A program made the position numbers and the translations under genes. Source: Lama guanicoe (Eukaryota). Taken from it: a stretch of 64,000 nt of DNA. The stretch spans positions 2,808,399-2,872,398 of the forward strand of contig MU053934.1 of the NCBI GenBank assembly GCA_013239625.1. The letters are read 5' to 3'. A model generated the notes under the pieces. The model made no database searches, was not told where the DNA came from, and worked only from the letters and a program-made list of their open reading frames with translations. Shown here in pieces: positions 13,631 to 27,440 of the stretch (positions are counted from its first letter, which is position 1; each line of letters opens with the position of its first letter).

Positions 13631-15089
13631 TGTCATCTGGGGTAATGTTCCTTACCTTGCGGGCAGCGAGTGAAGCGAGTGAGGAAGAGCTTGCCTCTGG
13701 AGTCTGGCGTCACATCCTCGCTGTTTTTAGCTGGCTCTGCGACATTGGGTCGCTTGCTCAATCCCGTGGTTTCCTTTCCCGTAAATGGTGATTACACTGG
13801 CTGTTTCTTAATAGGTTTCCAGGAAGGGTTAAAGGAGGCACAGCTATTCAGGGCTCGGCCCGCAGAGAGCTTGGATGTGAGGTGTCCGGCCGGTGCTGGG
13901 GCCGCTGGGGGAGTTTAATGAGGCTCTGAAGCCAGAACCTGTCTTGGTCATGCTTTGTCACTGCACATCCCTGCACGACCAGCGTGGCCCATACAAGGGC
14001 TCACGACTGGAGATGGGGGGGAAGGGCACCGCGTGGGAGGCCCTGGCCTGGTGCCAGCCTTTTGGATTAAGTCCAGTTGTTATTAAAGATCCCCTTCTCT
14101 CAGGGCTCCTGAGTGGGTGTCTGAAGGAGGTTGTAGGTCAGGTCCTGAGGCAGGGCCAGCGCCCAGGGGTCCTGGGACCACTGAGGGGAAGGGAGGGTCC
14201 TTGGCATCCAGGGGCTGGAGAGCAACAAGGACCCACCGTGTGTCTCACCAACTTGACAGTTTTGATTTTACCCTAGTCCTGGAGCCCCGTCTCAGGCACT
14301 CAACAGCCCTAAGAGCTTCCTGGGGGGGTATTTCTGGGGCATTCTCCAGAAACAGGAAATGTTTGTTGACCTGTTTTCTAGAAAGTTCTATGTATCAGTA
14401 TGCTGGCCAACTCCTGACCTCAGACTGAGGGGAGGGTTAGGGGAGGAGCGAGAATATACTATTTCAGCCTCAGTATATCCATCTGTAAACGGGGATGTAA
14501 ACAATGTGTCTCTCCATAGGATGGAGATGATTAAGAGAATGTGGGACAGGACTTTAGAAGAGAGGCCTGGCTGGAGGGAGATTTCTGGCTTTTTGGTCTA
14601 GAGCAGGTGGTATCCATGGAATGAATGAATGAATGAATGAATGGGCCCCACCCTTTCCCGCATTTTATTTTTTTCCTGAACACCTACCACGCTCTGACTC
14701 ACCACAAAGTTCACCTGTTTATCTCTGCACCGTCTGTCGCCCTCCCGCACAGTGGAAGCTCCAGAAGGAAAGGCAGGGACTTTGATCTATTCTGAGTGCC
14801 CAGGGCCTACCCCAGAGCTGGCGCTCAAGAATGAATGAATGACTGAGTGTGTGGTTAAATGAATGAGATAAAAGCAGCTTTCTGGATAAGTTCAGGTCTT
14901 GACCTGTTCTAAAATGGACATCTTGGGGTGAACAGCTTACTGACCTTGCCCACTTTTTCTCCTCCGTTCGCATCAGGGAACCCAGACCTCATCTGTCTTT
15001 CCCCATCATTATAAAGGGGCCAGGGTCCTGAGGCATGGCCCCACTGCCTCTCCTGGCCCCCACAGGGCAGTGCCTTCTTTCCCCCTCAG

Positions 15090-15220
15090 GGCACTGTCCG
15101 GGGAACTACAGGCATCTTCCCAGAGTCCTTCGTGAAAATCCTCAAGGACTTCCCGGAGGAGGAAGATCTCACCAACTGGCTGCGCTGCTACTACTATGAG
15201 GACACCATCAGCACCATCAA
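15090..15220 (+). CDS. NCF4: NCF4 exon 8 ([44 protein letters not shown]), SH3 C-half and PB1 start
   Basis: ccccctcag acceptor; weak CAA|gttcgt donor, required by phase with exon 9; SH3 GIFP.FV motif. Confidence 0.94.
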
Positions 15221-15489
15221 GTTCGTGGCCTGCTGGGAGGGAGGGACCTGTCCTCCCCCGCTGCCCACCCCCACCTCTATATCACACTCCAGGTTCCAAG
15301 ACCCAAACCAGATTACATGCCCCCACCCCTACCAAACACACACACTTAAAAGTCTGCAGTGGTTCCCACTGTCCTCCAGACAAGCCATACCACTGTAAAA
15401 ATATCAAGGTTCCATGTAGCATGGCCAGCCTCATCCTGTGTCCCCTTTCTGGCCTGCTGCCTCCTCACCTGTGCCTGTTGTCCCCTTAG

Positions 15490-15555
15490 GGACATCGCGG
15501 TGGAGGAAGACCTCAGTAGCACCCCACATTACAAGGATTTGCTGGAGCTCATGAG
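15490..15555 (+). CDS. NCF4: NCF4 exon 9 (DIAVEEDLSSTPHYKDLLELMR)
   Basis: ccccttag acceptor, GAG|gtgagg donor. Confidence 0.95.
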
Positions 15556-16765
15556 GTGAGGGGCTGGGGCAGGAGGAGGGCAGGAGGGTACCAGAAACCC
15601 TGGAGAAGAGACCAGAGGGAGAAACACAGCGCATTCAGGTGCTGGGTGCTTTACATCTATTTTGCTTTCTTGTTTTATCCACAGCCCAGCCCTGCAGGAT
15701 GGGTATCTCCTCCTTGTATTTGATGAGTGGGGGGACCGCCGAGAGGTAAAGGGGCTTAGATGGGGTCACACAGTTTGTGAGCCTGAACTTGCAGCTAGAG
15801 CTAAAGTCTTTCTAGATCAAAACGTTGGACTTAGGCCCTCCACCACCAGGCAACTACCACCTCCCAAGTTTCGGTTTAGTTACGGGCAGTGATTTTACAG
15901 AATGGAAATAGCGTTGTTACATTTCTGACAATGAAAAGAATATCTTGTCATTATAGTTTAAAAAGGAGGGGAGGGGTCTGAAATCACAGAAGGGTATAAA
16001 GAAGATAGAGAATTCTCCTCCTTTTGTTAGCTGATGTGCATTTAGATTTTTTCAATGCACACCCCACCCCTCCCCCAGCCCACAGCCCCATAAATCTTAC
16101 TTTCACTGGCTTCACGACATCATTCTGTGGATGCTCCGTAACTAATGCAGCCAGACTGTTTTGTTGGCCATCTAAGTCATCTTCCACTTTTTTACTACTG
16201 TGAAAAATGTTGTGATTCACGTATTTGCTGACTTCCCTGATTATTTGTCTGGAAGTGAAATTTTGGGATCAAGCTGTTTGCAAGTCTGACAGGCTGCTGA
16301 CCCATTTTGTCAAATTACCCAAGAAAAGGCCTGATGGCTTTTCACTGTCACCAGAACGCCCATCTACCTGCAGCCCACATCAGACAGGTCCAGTCCTTAA
16401 GGAGTTCTGCTCCAGAGCCACACTCGGGGCTCTCCCAGGGGCTTTATTCTGCTCCACTCTGCGCCCAGCAAATCCCGCTCCTCTTCCCCACAACAGTCCT
16501 TAAATCTTCAGCGCATTTAGACACAAGACATTTCAGGCTGTGCCACTAATTTCTTGTGAAAGTCCTGTTCTCCCCTGCAGGTCTCAGTGTCCCCATCTGT
16601 ACAATGGGAGGTTGGACCACTCGGATGATAGGGCCGGTGTCAAGCACTGACCTCCTCCAGATTCTTGGATCCCGGCCCTAAAACCCCCTCAATCCCCTCT
16701 CCCTTAGGTCACTCTTTGGCCTAAGGCTGCGGGGCCTTTCCTGAACCCTGATCTCTCCCACCCAG

Positions 16766-16961
16766 GCGGGAGTTCCAGAGGCAAGACATCGCCCTCAATT
16801 ACCAGGATGCTGACGGGGATCTGGTTCGGCTGCTGTCAGACGAGGATGTGCGGCTCATGGTGAGGCAGGCCCAAGGTCTCCCCTCCCAGAAGCGCCTCTT
16901 CCCCTGGAAGCTGCACATCACCCAAAAGGACGACTACAAGGTCTACAACACGGTCCCCTGA
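16766..16961 (+). CDS. NCF4: NCF4 exon 10 coding part ([28 protein letters not shown]...YNTVP*), PB1/PC motif
   Basis: cacccag acceptor; YxDxDGDLVxLxSDED OPCA motif; TGA at 16959-16961. Confidence 0.96.
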
Positions 16962-17111
16962 GCTGACCGTGTCCCCGGGCCAGTGCGGGGGCAAAGAGCC
17001 CTTGGAGGGGATTCAGACCAGGAAAGACTGGGAGCGCGGACAGACTTCCTGGTTTGGACTCAGACGGACCTGCTGGCCTCGGCTTGTACTGTCTCCACAT
17101 TTGGTCTCTTG

Positions 17112-17121
17112 ATTAAATAAA
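17112..17121 (+). terminator. NCF4: NCF4 polyadenylation signal (overlapping ATTAAA/AATAAA)
   Basis: gATTAAATAAAcc lies about 150 nt after the stop codon and is followed by T/GT-rich sequence. Confidence 0.8.
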
Positions 17122-18054
17122 CCATTTTATGTCAAAGGGCCAGACAGGGGAAGATAGTATCTTTCAAGGGAAGAGAGGCGAGGAAGTAAAATACCCATTA
17201 ATGAGCATCGATTAGGGGTTGTTTAGATACAGATGAGGGGCGGGGATGGTGCTGGCTTTGGGCCTCTAATCCAGCCACCCCAGACCCTCTCCCGGTCCAC
17301 ATGTATGGAGAAACCCAGCGACTCTCTTTTGCAGCCTTTTCTGGCACTGGCTATCAGCCTCAAGGAAGTTATCCACCCCCAGGTGCCCTCAGGGTCAGGC
17401 CAATGCCAGGCGCTCTGCGTGACCAGGGTCAGAGTCTTCCTCCGCCCTATTATATCTGCTGTTCTGCAGAGGGGGCAGAGACCTGGGTCCTGGTGACTGC
17501 GGTCTCCTCTGTAAGCAGGGGGTGAGGGGAGGGCGGATGCTGGCCCCACCCGGGAGGAAGAGGAGGCAGAATGATGGGTCTCCCTCTGTGAGCTGAAGCT
17601 TTTCTCTCCTAGCCAGCCAAAATGTCAACAGATGTCACCTCCAGAATGGTGACATAAGGAGCCTGGTGGACCCTCTCTCCAATGAAACACCATTTAACTG
17701 ATGAAAAATGCTTAAAGCCAACCATCTAAAGTCTCTGGAAATTGTTCTGAGGGCATACAGCAAATGGAGAAGCGTTTATTCTACAAAATCTCCTAAATCC
17801 CAGCAAGAAGAATGAGTCTGTGGCATTTGAGCCTCCATGTGCTCCCATCCACTCCCCGCCCCCGGCTCCACGTGATGGAAATGCTACTCCGGATGCGACA
17901 CGCTAGGTGGACACAGCCAAGAAGATGGGGGCTCCCTCTCCCCTCAGCCCCCAGTCTTTCGCCATTTCACCCCAGACAGGGCTGGCTGCCCGTGCCTCTC
18001 AACCCCTCAGCCCCGTGTTGTGGAAATGCCATTCCAGGCCATCACAGCCCCTGA

Positions 18055-18527
18055 CATGGTGTACCAGGGCCACCATGGCACAGTACCACAGACCGGTGGC
18101 TCACACAACAGAAATTTATTGTCACACAGCTCTGGAGACTGGAAGACTGAAATCAAGGTGTCAGGAGGGCCAGGCTTCCAGCGAAGCCTGCTGGGAAATC
18201 CTTCTCTGCCTCTTCCCAGCTGCCAGTAGTTTCTCAGCATTCTGTGGCTTTCCTTAGCTTGTAGCGCCTCACTCCAATCCTCCGTCTTCATGTGATGTTC
18301 TCCCTGCCTGTGTCCCTTCACATTGTTTTCCCTCTGTGAGCGTCTCTGTGTCCAGCTGTTCCCTTTATATGAGGACACCAGTCATACTGGATTAGGGCCA
18401 CCCTAATCATTTCATTGTGACTTGATAGCCTCTACACAGACCCTATTTCCATGAAAGGTCACATTCTGAGTTACTGGGGGTTCAGACTCCAACATATCTT
18501 TTGGGAAAGCACAATTCAACCTGTAAG
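18055..18527 (-). mobile_element. MaLR MLT1-type solo LTR
   Basis: aacagaaatttattgtcacacagctctggag...tataggacaccagtcat..tggattagggcc...cacaattcaacc motifs. Confidence 0.8.
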
Positions 18528-19289
18528 AACTCACTAGAACATTTGTTTAAGAAACATTAAACAGAAATTGCAAGGTCTATTGCATAAAATCCAGTTGTTT
18601 GACTTCTGACATGTTGCCTGACTCAGTTCCCTTAGGGCCCTAGTGCTGCAAAGCGCCTAGACCCTAGATAGATAGCACACACCTTCAGAGAATCCTGAGC
18701 ATCATGAGAAGTAGCAGGTTCTCCCATGACCCTCCTACTCCCCTCCCCCTGCCAAAAAAAACCCTATGATCAGAGCTGGGACCAGAACCCACAGCCCTTG
18801 GGAGGTTGTTCTGCAATGCAGAGGCAGTGCTGCTGTTAGAATGCCGAGCCTCAGGGAGGCGACATGGGGAGGCTGGACCAGGGGCTGTTGTGTTGGGTCA
18901 AGGCCTGAGGGTACGGGTTGAGGTAATCCTGAGAGAGTGGCATCCCTGCCTCCAAGCAGAAGCAGAAGAAAATCTCCTCTGGAGTAAAGTGTCCCCAGTT
19001 TAGGCGGACAGGAGTCTCTCAGATTAAGATGAGGCAAAAGCTCATAGTCAAAAATCACTGAATCTCTGAGTGAGAATAGGCAGTGGCAATAAATGATAGC
19101 TTTAGCTCCCCCAGGGACTACAGATTATTGAACTGCATGGCTAAATGTATAAAGAAATCAAGGATAAAATCATACAAATGAATGAGCTAAAGAGAATGGC
19201 CAGGCAGATTGGCAAAAGAAAGATGGATTATATATTGAACTTATACATGTACCTATATATAGGTGTATGTGTGTATGTGAACATCTGTT

Positions 19290-19990
19290 GAAACAGAAAA
19301 TTCAGTGGGTGAGTTAGATAGTATATTACATACAGGTGAAGAGAAAGCTAGTGAATTGAAAGATAAAACCAAAGAAATTACCCAGAATATAGCACAGAGA
19401 GACAAGTAGTTGGAGAGTATGGAAATGGAGTTAAGAGATATGAACAATAGAATGATATTTCTTAAAAATCAGAATCTCAGAAAGAGAAAATATAGAGAAT
19501 GGCAAAGAGGCAACATTTAAATAGATGGCAGATGCACTATTTCAAAACTAATGAAAAACTTAAATCTATGGAGATAAGAAGCATGTCTGATTAGCAGGAT
19601 AAATAAGAAGTGGTCACAACTTGTTACAGTATTTCAAACCCACAGAACATGGAAACCAAAGAGAAGATCTTAAAAGCAGTCAGAGAAATTGGAAATGACT
19701 GCAAAACAACAACAATTTGAATGAGAAGTGGACTTTTCAACAGCACCAATGGAAGCCAAAGCCAATATACTTATACCTTCAGATTTTTGAGGGAAAATAA
19801 CTTTCAATCTAAAATTATATGCTCAGTGAAATATCTTTCAATAATGAAGGTGAAATGAGGTCAGGTACAGATGCAAAGTGAGAATTTGCCATCAAGATAC
19901 ATGAACTTTGAAGTCCATGCTCCAAGAGGCAGGACAATTGCCCTCAAGGGATAGTCTGAGATGCAAGAACAAATGATGAACAAAAATGAT
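19290..19990 (+). mobile_element. Ancient L1M ORF1-region fragment
   Basis: A-rich degenerate L1 ORF1-like sequence (agaaattacccagaat.tagcacagagagacaa; gacttttcaacagca.caatggaagcca). Confidence 0.65.
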
Positions 19991-20659
19991 GGTGAACATA
20001 ATTTTTGTACTTGTGTTGACTTCGCTAAACTGGAATTACATTTCCAAGAATTTCCTTCCCTGCATGGATCCAGGTTAGCGTGGGCCAGAAGAGACATTTT
20101 GCAAGAGACATTTAGAAAGCAGATGTGAAGCAGCAGCCAACCTCTTTTTAGCTCAGATAAGAAATGCTGTCCATTATTGTGCAAACAAGACTGCGTGGGT
20201 AACCAGAGAAATATTTTCTGACTGGTTAACAACCACCTGGTGCCAGTGGTGCATACTCAGGGCAGGCATGCTCCAGAATGGAGAAAAACACTTGCGAGAT
20301 GTCATCAGCATTCCTGGAAAACTGCTCTGCACACCCCCTTCCTTTGATTTCTCCCCAGTGGGACTTGTGTATTACACCTGTGTACAAAGACTTTCTGAGC
20401 AAAAATAGACACTTTTTTTCAGACTGTGCGCACTATAATCATGGAGTCTAAGCCTCCATCACTCTCAGAAGAGTTCAGTCTTAAGAACATCATTTACACA
20501 ATTGCCAACGTTTCGAACGATGCTGAAAAATCAACATTCACAGATGCCGATGTAGGCTCTGTCTGCAGTGATGTCAGTTCTCCCCGCTGACCCACAGGTA
20601 GCCACGAGTTTAATTAGAAAATACACTTCAATGAATTTTTTGCTTTTGTTGTTTTGTTT

Positions 20660-22115
20660 AGAGTTTCATAAACGTATTCTAAAATTTATACTAGAAGAGT
20701 AAACGACTTGACATAGCCGATGTACTCCTGAGGAGAATAAAGTGATGAGACATGCCCTTCAGACAGTAAGACTTATTGTAAAGCAATGGAACTGAAAATG
20801 GTATAATATTTGCCCTGGGACTGACAGTTTAGCAACAGAACAGAATAGAGAGCCCAGGAATACTGTGCATATATGGCATATTTTATTCTTATTTTTAATT
20901 GAAGAGTAGTCGATTTATAATATTAGTTTCAAATATACAGCAAAGCCATTCAGTTACACATATTCATACATATATATTTTTTCAGTTTCTTTTCCATCAC
21001 AGCTCATTCCAAGAAGTTGAATGTAGTTCCCTGAGCTATACAGTACATCCTTGTTCTTTAGTTACTTTATATATAATAATGTGTAACTGTTAACTCCAGA
21101 CTCGCAATCTATCCCTTCCCCGTCTATCCCCCAAGCAACCACAGTTTGTTTTGTACATGGTATTTTTTAAATTGAAGTACAGTCACTTACAAAGTGTGAA
21201 TTTCTGGTATACAGCACAATGTCCCTGTCATGCATATATATACATACATTCATTTTCATTTTTTTCCATTAAAGGTTATCACAAGATATTGTTTCCTGTG
21301 TTACACAAAAGAAATTTTTAAAATCTATTTTTATACACAGTGGCTTACATTTTTAAATCTCAAACTCCCGAATTTATCCCTTCCCATCCCCTTTCCCTGG
21401 TAACCATAAGATTGTTTACTACATCTGCGAGTCTGTTTCTGTTTTGTAGATGAGTTCATAGTGTCCTTTTTTTTTTTTTAGATTCCACATATGAATAATA
21501 TCATATGGTATTTTTCTTTCTCTTTCTGGCTTACTTCACTTAGAATGAAGATATCTAGGTCCATCCATGTTGCTGCAAACAGCATTATTTTATTCTTTTT
21601 ATGGCTGAGTAGTATTCCATTGTATAAATATACCATAACTTCTTTATCCAGTCATCTGTTGATAGACATTTATGTTGCTTCCATGTCTTGGCTATTGTAT
21701 ATAGTGCTGCTATGAACATTGGGTTGTATGTATCTTTTCACATTAGAGTTCCCTCCAGATATATACCCAAAGTGGGATTGTTGGATCATATGTACATGGC
21801 ATTTGATATATGATAGAAATTGCTTTGCAGACCGGGCGGGGAGAGGAGGGAAAAAAAAATCAAAGAATAGCACTTGGGTAAATTCCTCACCTATATGGAA
21901 CCCCAAACAAAGGATATTGGACCCCTAATTCAAACAACTCCCAAAGGCAGTTTTAGATGCATTAAGTTGTGGGAGGGAAAATCAAAGCTTTGAGAAGATA
22001 TATAGGATATTGTCTACATAATCTTGGAGTAGGGAAGGAATTCTTAAACACAACAAAAATAAATATTAATAAATTCGATTACATTAAACTTAGGAAGTTC
22101 TGTTCATCAAAATTT
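20660..22115. mobile_element. Old + strand L1 ORF2 fragment interrupted by two younger minus-strand L1 3' ends (about 20885-21150 and 21165-21790)
   Basis: aacagaatagagagccca upstream resumes at gcatttgatatatgata downstream; the inserts carry attgaagtacagt... and ccatccatgttgctgcaaa... motifs. Confidence 0.75.
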
Positions 22116-25100
22116 GGAAGGGAAAAGTCTCCGGTTTTTGGAATTTTGGCTTCATTTTATGTGAATTAACTATTTAATCTATTATCATGCTAAGAAAGCG
22201 TTGGTTCCCCTCCTTGGGTCACTTTGCACCTTTTTGGGCATGAAGTGACACTGATCAGTTCTTTCTCTCCTGCTCCAAAAAGGGGCATGAAGGGTGACAA
22301 TTCCCATCTCTGTAATAATTGGAGGATGCCCGTTTTCTGAGCGGAAATGACTTCTATTTTTGTAGCACCCAAGGCTACAATAGGCAATCCGTGAATGTGA
22401 CCTTAATATGTTGTCTTGAATCTCCTGGCTGAGGACGTGTTAAAAGTGGGTTTTTTCTGAAAGATAGGGTGGGATGAGGTTGTGGATGGGTGAGCCTGGC
22501 CTTGGAGAAGAAAAGCCAGGGCAGGAATCCAAGTAAACACTGTCCTGGAACTCTCTTCCCAGGCTGTAAACTTTGGGACTTTCCACCTTTGAAGTTCTGG
22601 TTAATGTTCCATTTCCCCATCAGCCAGTGCCATAAACTTTCACAATAGCCTCAATTTGGAGGCTTTTCTTTAGGGGCAAGGAAGAATGGACAAAAGGAAG
22701 GGGATGGGACAGATGGGAAGGGCAGAAGGTAGGAGGGGGAAGGATAGGGAAGCAGCTGCCCGCCTGGAGCAGGCTCCAGAGAGACTGAAAGCAGGGACAG
22801 CATCTGATCCCGTGGGTGAAAACATGGGTTCTGTCTCCATCACTTCCCAGCTGGGTCACTTGGGTAAGAGACTCAATTTCCTCCTGCATCAAATGGGATC
22901 ACAATAATAGCACCCTGCTTTGTCTTATTGTGAAAGTAAGGGAATATATTTTGTACATTATTTGACACACAGCACCCACCCCAAAATGCAGCCTTAATAA
23001 AAAGAAAACCACCTAAAGAGAAGTCACTAAGTTTTAACAGAAACTCTCAGCGTTTGCGTGGGGAACCGTGGTCTGGCGGGGAACTAGGGCGCAGCGGAGT
23101 CTGGCTGGGGTCTGGAAGGAACCACAGACACTTCGACTGTCCTTTTCTACCCCAGCCAATCCGTTCTATGAACATTCCCTCAAGGAAGAAAACCGCTCCT
23201 GTAAACATGAAACCATCCAGGGACTGTGCCTGTGACGCAGCCATTACCGTTAAGTGAACTTTCACAAACGGTGTCCTTTTCCTGTCATGCCTGTCGAGAA
23301 TTCATCGGGTTTCCTGTAAGGCTAGATTGACTTTTTCCCACCCATCTGACATTAAACAGTGTCCACTTGGACCCAAACAACATCTGCTGGGATGTTTGGT
23401 GATTTTGGTCCATGGCTTGTGTCCTTCCTGTTTGGAAAGCGGGTCTTTGAGATGCAATATTAGCTTTTGTGGATGCTGAAATCTCATAACCTCAGAAACC
23501 TGGGCCATTAGAATCCTGGAATCCCCATGACTGAGTCACAGAACATCTGAAGATCAGTGTGGAGTTTGGGGGTGGGGGTGAGAGGACAGACTCTTCCAAA
23601 ACAACAAACCAACATGGGACAGATGAGCTCAAAGTCACCCAAAAGGGACAAAACGGTTCTGCAACCTGAAGTAGAAAGTCACCTGGTGACAGCCCATCAG
23701 TGGTGCTACCTGTCCGCTGTCCCAGGGAAGGTGGAGGCTGTCTGGTAGGAGCCATTGTTAAACGGTTTTTTGCCCCATTGAAGAAGGGTGGCCCATGTAT
23801 GAAGCCAGATAAAGCCAGATGCCCCACCTGCTTTCCTCTGAAAATCTCGTCAAGGCTGTTGGGACAATAATACATTGAGAGAGAACATCTTTTTATGGTT
23901 GAGTATGTACTGTAACTGATTTAACTGATACTATCATTTAGTATTAGGTGGTTTCCTATGTGTGTGTGTGCACACACACGCTACAAAAAGCACTTCGAAG
24001 AACTTCCCAGTATAGATCCATGATATCTAAGTATCTCCTTCAAATAAATTCCAAGAAGTGGAGTATCTGGGAAGGGAATAAGAGTAGTTTTATTTAAGGC
24101 TGCTGATACTTACTAACAAGTAGCCCCATGGGAAATTTAAAATAATTTACATGCTCACCAATAGTGTGTGAGAACTTGAGTTCCTCTTCTTTCACTGACT
24201 TTTGCCAGCACTGTGTATTACTGTTCTTTTCAATCTTCATCATTCTTATTGAGAAAATGGTATGCAGTTGCATTTTCTTGGTTAAACATTTTTTTCACGT
24301 TTATTGGGCATTTGCATTTCTCCCTTTGTGAATTATTGTTAATTGGCATGTTCACATGTTTCTTAAGTATTTGTAATACCACTGTTTATATTGAGATCAA
24401 TTCTGTATCTGATATGTTTTGCAAACTTCCATCCTCAGCTTATCACTTTCCGGCTGTCTCAGAAGGGCCTGGGCACATCTTAGCACTGTGCAATAGTACA
24501 GTTCGGCTGGGTTGGATGGGGGGCGTCCTCTGCTTTTTAAACTCTGGAAGACTTTCACTCAGGAGCTCTCAGAGAACCAGGGGATTTCCTGATCAACTTG
24601 GCCACAGGAATTCAGTGGTTTTGGAGGGGGTGGGTAGGGAAGATTTCTTTAAGTTGTATCTCCTTCAAATATACAATAAGCATATAAAATATACAGGACA
24701 AAAATTGTCATTTTAAGCGTATAGTTCATTGGCATTAATTCTGAAATTCATCTTTTATTGGCTAACCCAGCCCCTTCCCAACCCACTCTCACCCATTTCC
24801 TTATTTTCCTCCCATATCAGTAACTTGCCTGTGCTGATTATTAAGCTATGGTCTCTCAGCTCCAAACCCATTCTTCTGTGCTTTGCTTTGTTGCGATGTT
24901 GGGCCTGGGACTCCTTAACCACATTTCTGCTCTGTCTGCTGGCTCCCTGTGAGTGTCTGTTAACGGGGACACGGGAGAGAAGCTGTGAGGCTGGAAGCGG
25001 GAGAAAGGACTTGCTCCTTCCTGCCTCCTTGCAGTTCCAGTGCGCCTCACTCCGGGAACTCTACTTCACCCTGGCCACAGCAATTCTTTCCTATTGCAGC

Positions 25101-26574
25101 AGCTGAGTCCATTTTGTGCTGTTTTTAGCACTGGCAGAACCAGCTTCATTGGGCAACTCTACCTCTCACTTTCCAAGACATCAGCACCCACTGAACAGTA
25201 TCCCCTCCTCAGAGGTCTCAGCCTCACCTCAGTGGGGTCCCTTCACTCCATGTCTAAGTTTTTACAGTTCCAAACTCTTCCCTTTGTTCCCCCAGCCCTC
25301 AGGCTGGTAGCTATTTCTGGCAGTTGCTACATCCATGATAACTTAGAGTTCTCTTTCTCTCTCTCTTTTTAACCTTTTAGTTACTTACTTAACAACTTTA
25401 TTTTTGACATTTATGTTAAATTCTCTCTGGTCAAATAATTAGTGTAATTTCTTTCTCTGGCTTTGACCCTGACTTACTTAAACAATCAAAATAAGTTAAT
25501 TCTATTTATTGCATTGTCATTGTCTGGGACTTGGAAAGTCTGGATTCCAGACCTGATTCCACCACTAATATATAAAGTGATCAGTATATAAAGTATATAC
25601 TACATAAAGTAATCAAGCAAACAATCCTTTGACTTGTCCTCTCATTCTGCTCTCATCCCCTTGGATTACAAATTGTGAATCTACTCAGCTCCCCTCATTT
25701 GCCTTTCCACCAAAATCCAACCTCCCCCTGCCCCATCACCCAAGACTTTCTGGTGTGAGACACCCTATGTGTCCAGTCATCTCCCCCTCTCCCATGCTGA
25801 TCACCCCAAGACACATGCTTACCACTTCCTCTGTTGTACTCAAGAAACTACCAATTCAAAAGAATCAAATTATGCAACAGAGACAGCAACCTAGAGATAG
25901 GACTGAAACCACAGGCTAGAGAAAAGCAGAATCTCATGTAGGACCCCAGGGAAGATGTGTTTGAAACTAGGAACAGAGTCTGAGCACTCCCTGCTCAGTC
26001 ATGGACAGTCCCCTGCCAATGATGGGGTGGGATGGCAGTTTCCAAGATGGGAAAGGGGGCCACGAGGGTCTTGATCTCCCTCCCCTCACTCTGTCAGCTC
26101 CGTCAGTCGGTGGCAGTGTCCCAGATTCCCCATGACTGTGCGGGGTCCCAGCCTAGGCTGCCCTCTCTGAGCCCAGCACACCATACTCACTGTGCTCGAC
26201 TGCTCCATCAGACTTCTGCCTTCAGAATGCCCTCGGTCAGAGGCAGCTTCATGCCTTGAGTCACATTCATGGAACCTGTTTGTCCAGGCCTTGTTCCAAG
26301 ATGTCTCCCAGAGGTCCTTGCATTCTCACCTGGAATATGGCTTTTAACCCCACAGGACAGTTTTCTCAATGATGGTCCCAGTTCCTCCTTTCCCATTCAC
26401 CACAGGAGGAATGAATGGGGTCACAACTGTTCCCCAGTCCTCCTTGAGATTCTGTTCTCACTTCTGGGTCCAGCCTTATTTCTGAGAACCAAGGCTCATT
26501 TATGCCCGACAGTTGGATTCATACCTTCCTCTTCATGACAGATTCTCTATCCTAAAAAGCTCAGGATAATCCTT

Positions 26575-27327
26575 AACTTGATAAAGATTATCTACAAAAA
26601 GCTTACCACTAACATCATACTAATGGTGAGAAACTCAAAGCTTTCCCACTAAGAGCAGGTACAAAGCAAGGATATCTCCTCTCACCACTCCTTTCTAACA
26701 TTGCCCTGGATATTCTAGCTTATGCAATAAGACAAGAAAAAGAAATAAAAGCTATGCAGATTGGGAAGGAAGAAATAAAACTTTGTTCACAGATGACATG
26801 ATCATCAATGTAGAAAATCAAAAGAACTGATCAAAAAAAATCTCCTGAAAATAGTAAGCAATTACAGCAAAGGTGCAAAATACAAGGTTAATATACAAAA
26901 GTCAATCACTTTCCTGTATGTCAGCAATGAACAAGTGAAATTTCAAATTTAAAAACAGTATCATTTACATTAGCACTCCCCAAAATTAAATACTTAGGTA
27001 TAAATCTAACAAAATACGTACAAGACATATATGAGGAAAACTCTGATGAAAGAAATCAAAGAACTAAATAAATGAAGAGATAGTCCATGTTCATGGATAG
27101 AAAGACTCAATATCATCAAGATGTCAGTTCTTCTCAAATAGATCTATAGAGTCAATGCAATCCCAATCAAAATCCCAGGAAGTTATTTTGTGGAGATCAA
27201 CAAACTAATTCTAAAGTCTAATATGGAGAAGCAAAAGACAGAGAATAGTCAGTACAATATTGAAGGAGAAGAACAAATCAGAGAACTGACACTATCCAAA
27301 TTTGACTTACTATAAAAACTAGAGTAA
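26575..27327 (+). mobile_element. L1 ORF2 reverse transcriptase fragment (degenerate)
   Basis: Encodes remnants of GTxQGxxLSP and LF(A/T)DDMI, with frameshifts. Confidence 0.9.
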
Positions 27328-27440
27328 GGGGGAGGGTATGGCTCAAGTGGTAGAGCGCATGCTTAGCGTGCATGAGGTCCCGGGTTCAATTCCCAGTACA
27401 TCTGTTAAAAATAAAAAATCATTTTTTTAAAAAAAGAATC
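27328..27440 (+). mobile_element. tRNA-Ala-derived SINE (Vic-1-like, camelid)
   Basis: gggggagggtatggctcaagtggtagagcgcatgcttagc...ggttcaattcccagtac followed by an A-rich tail. Confidence 0.85.
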
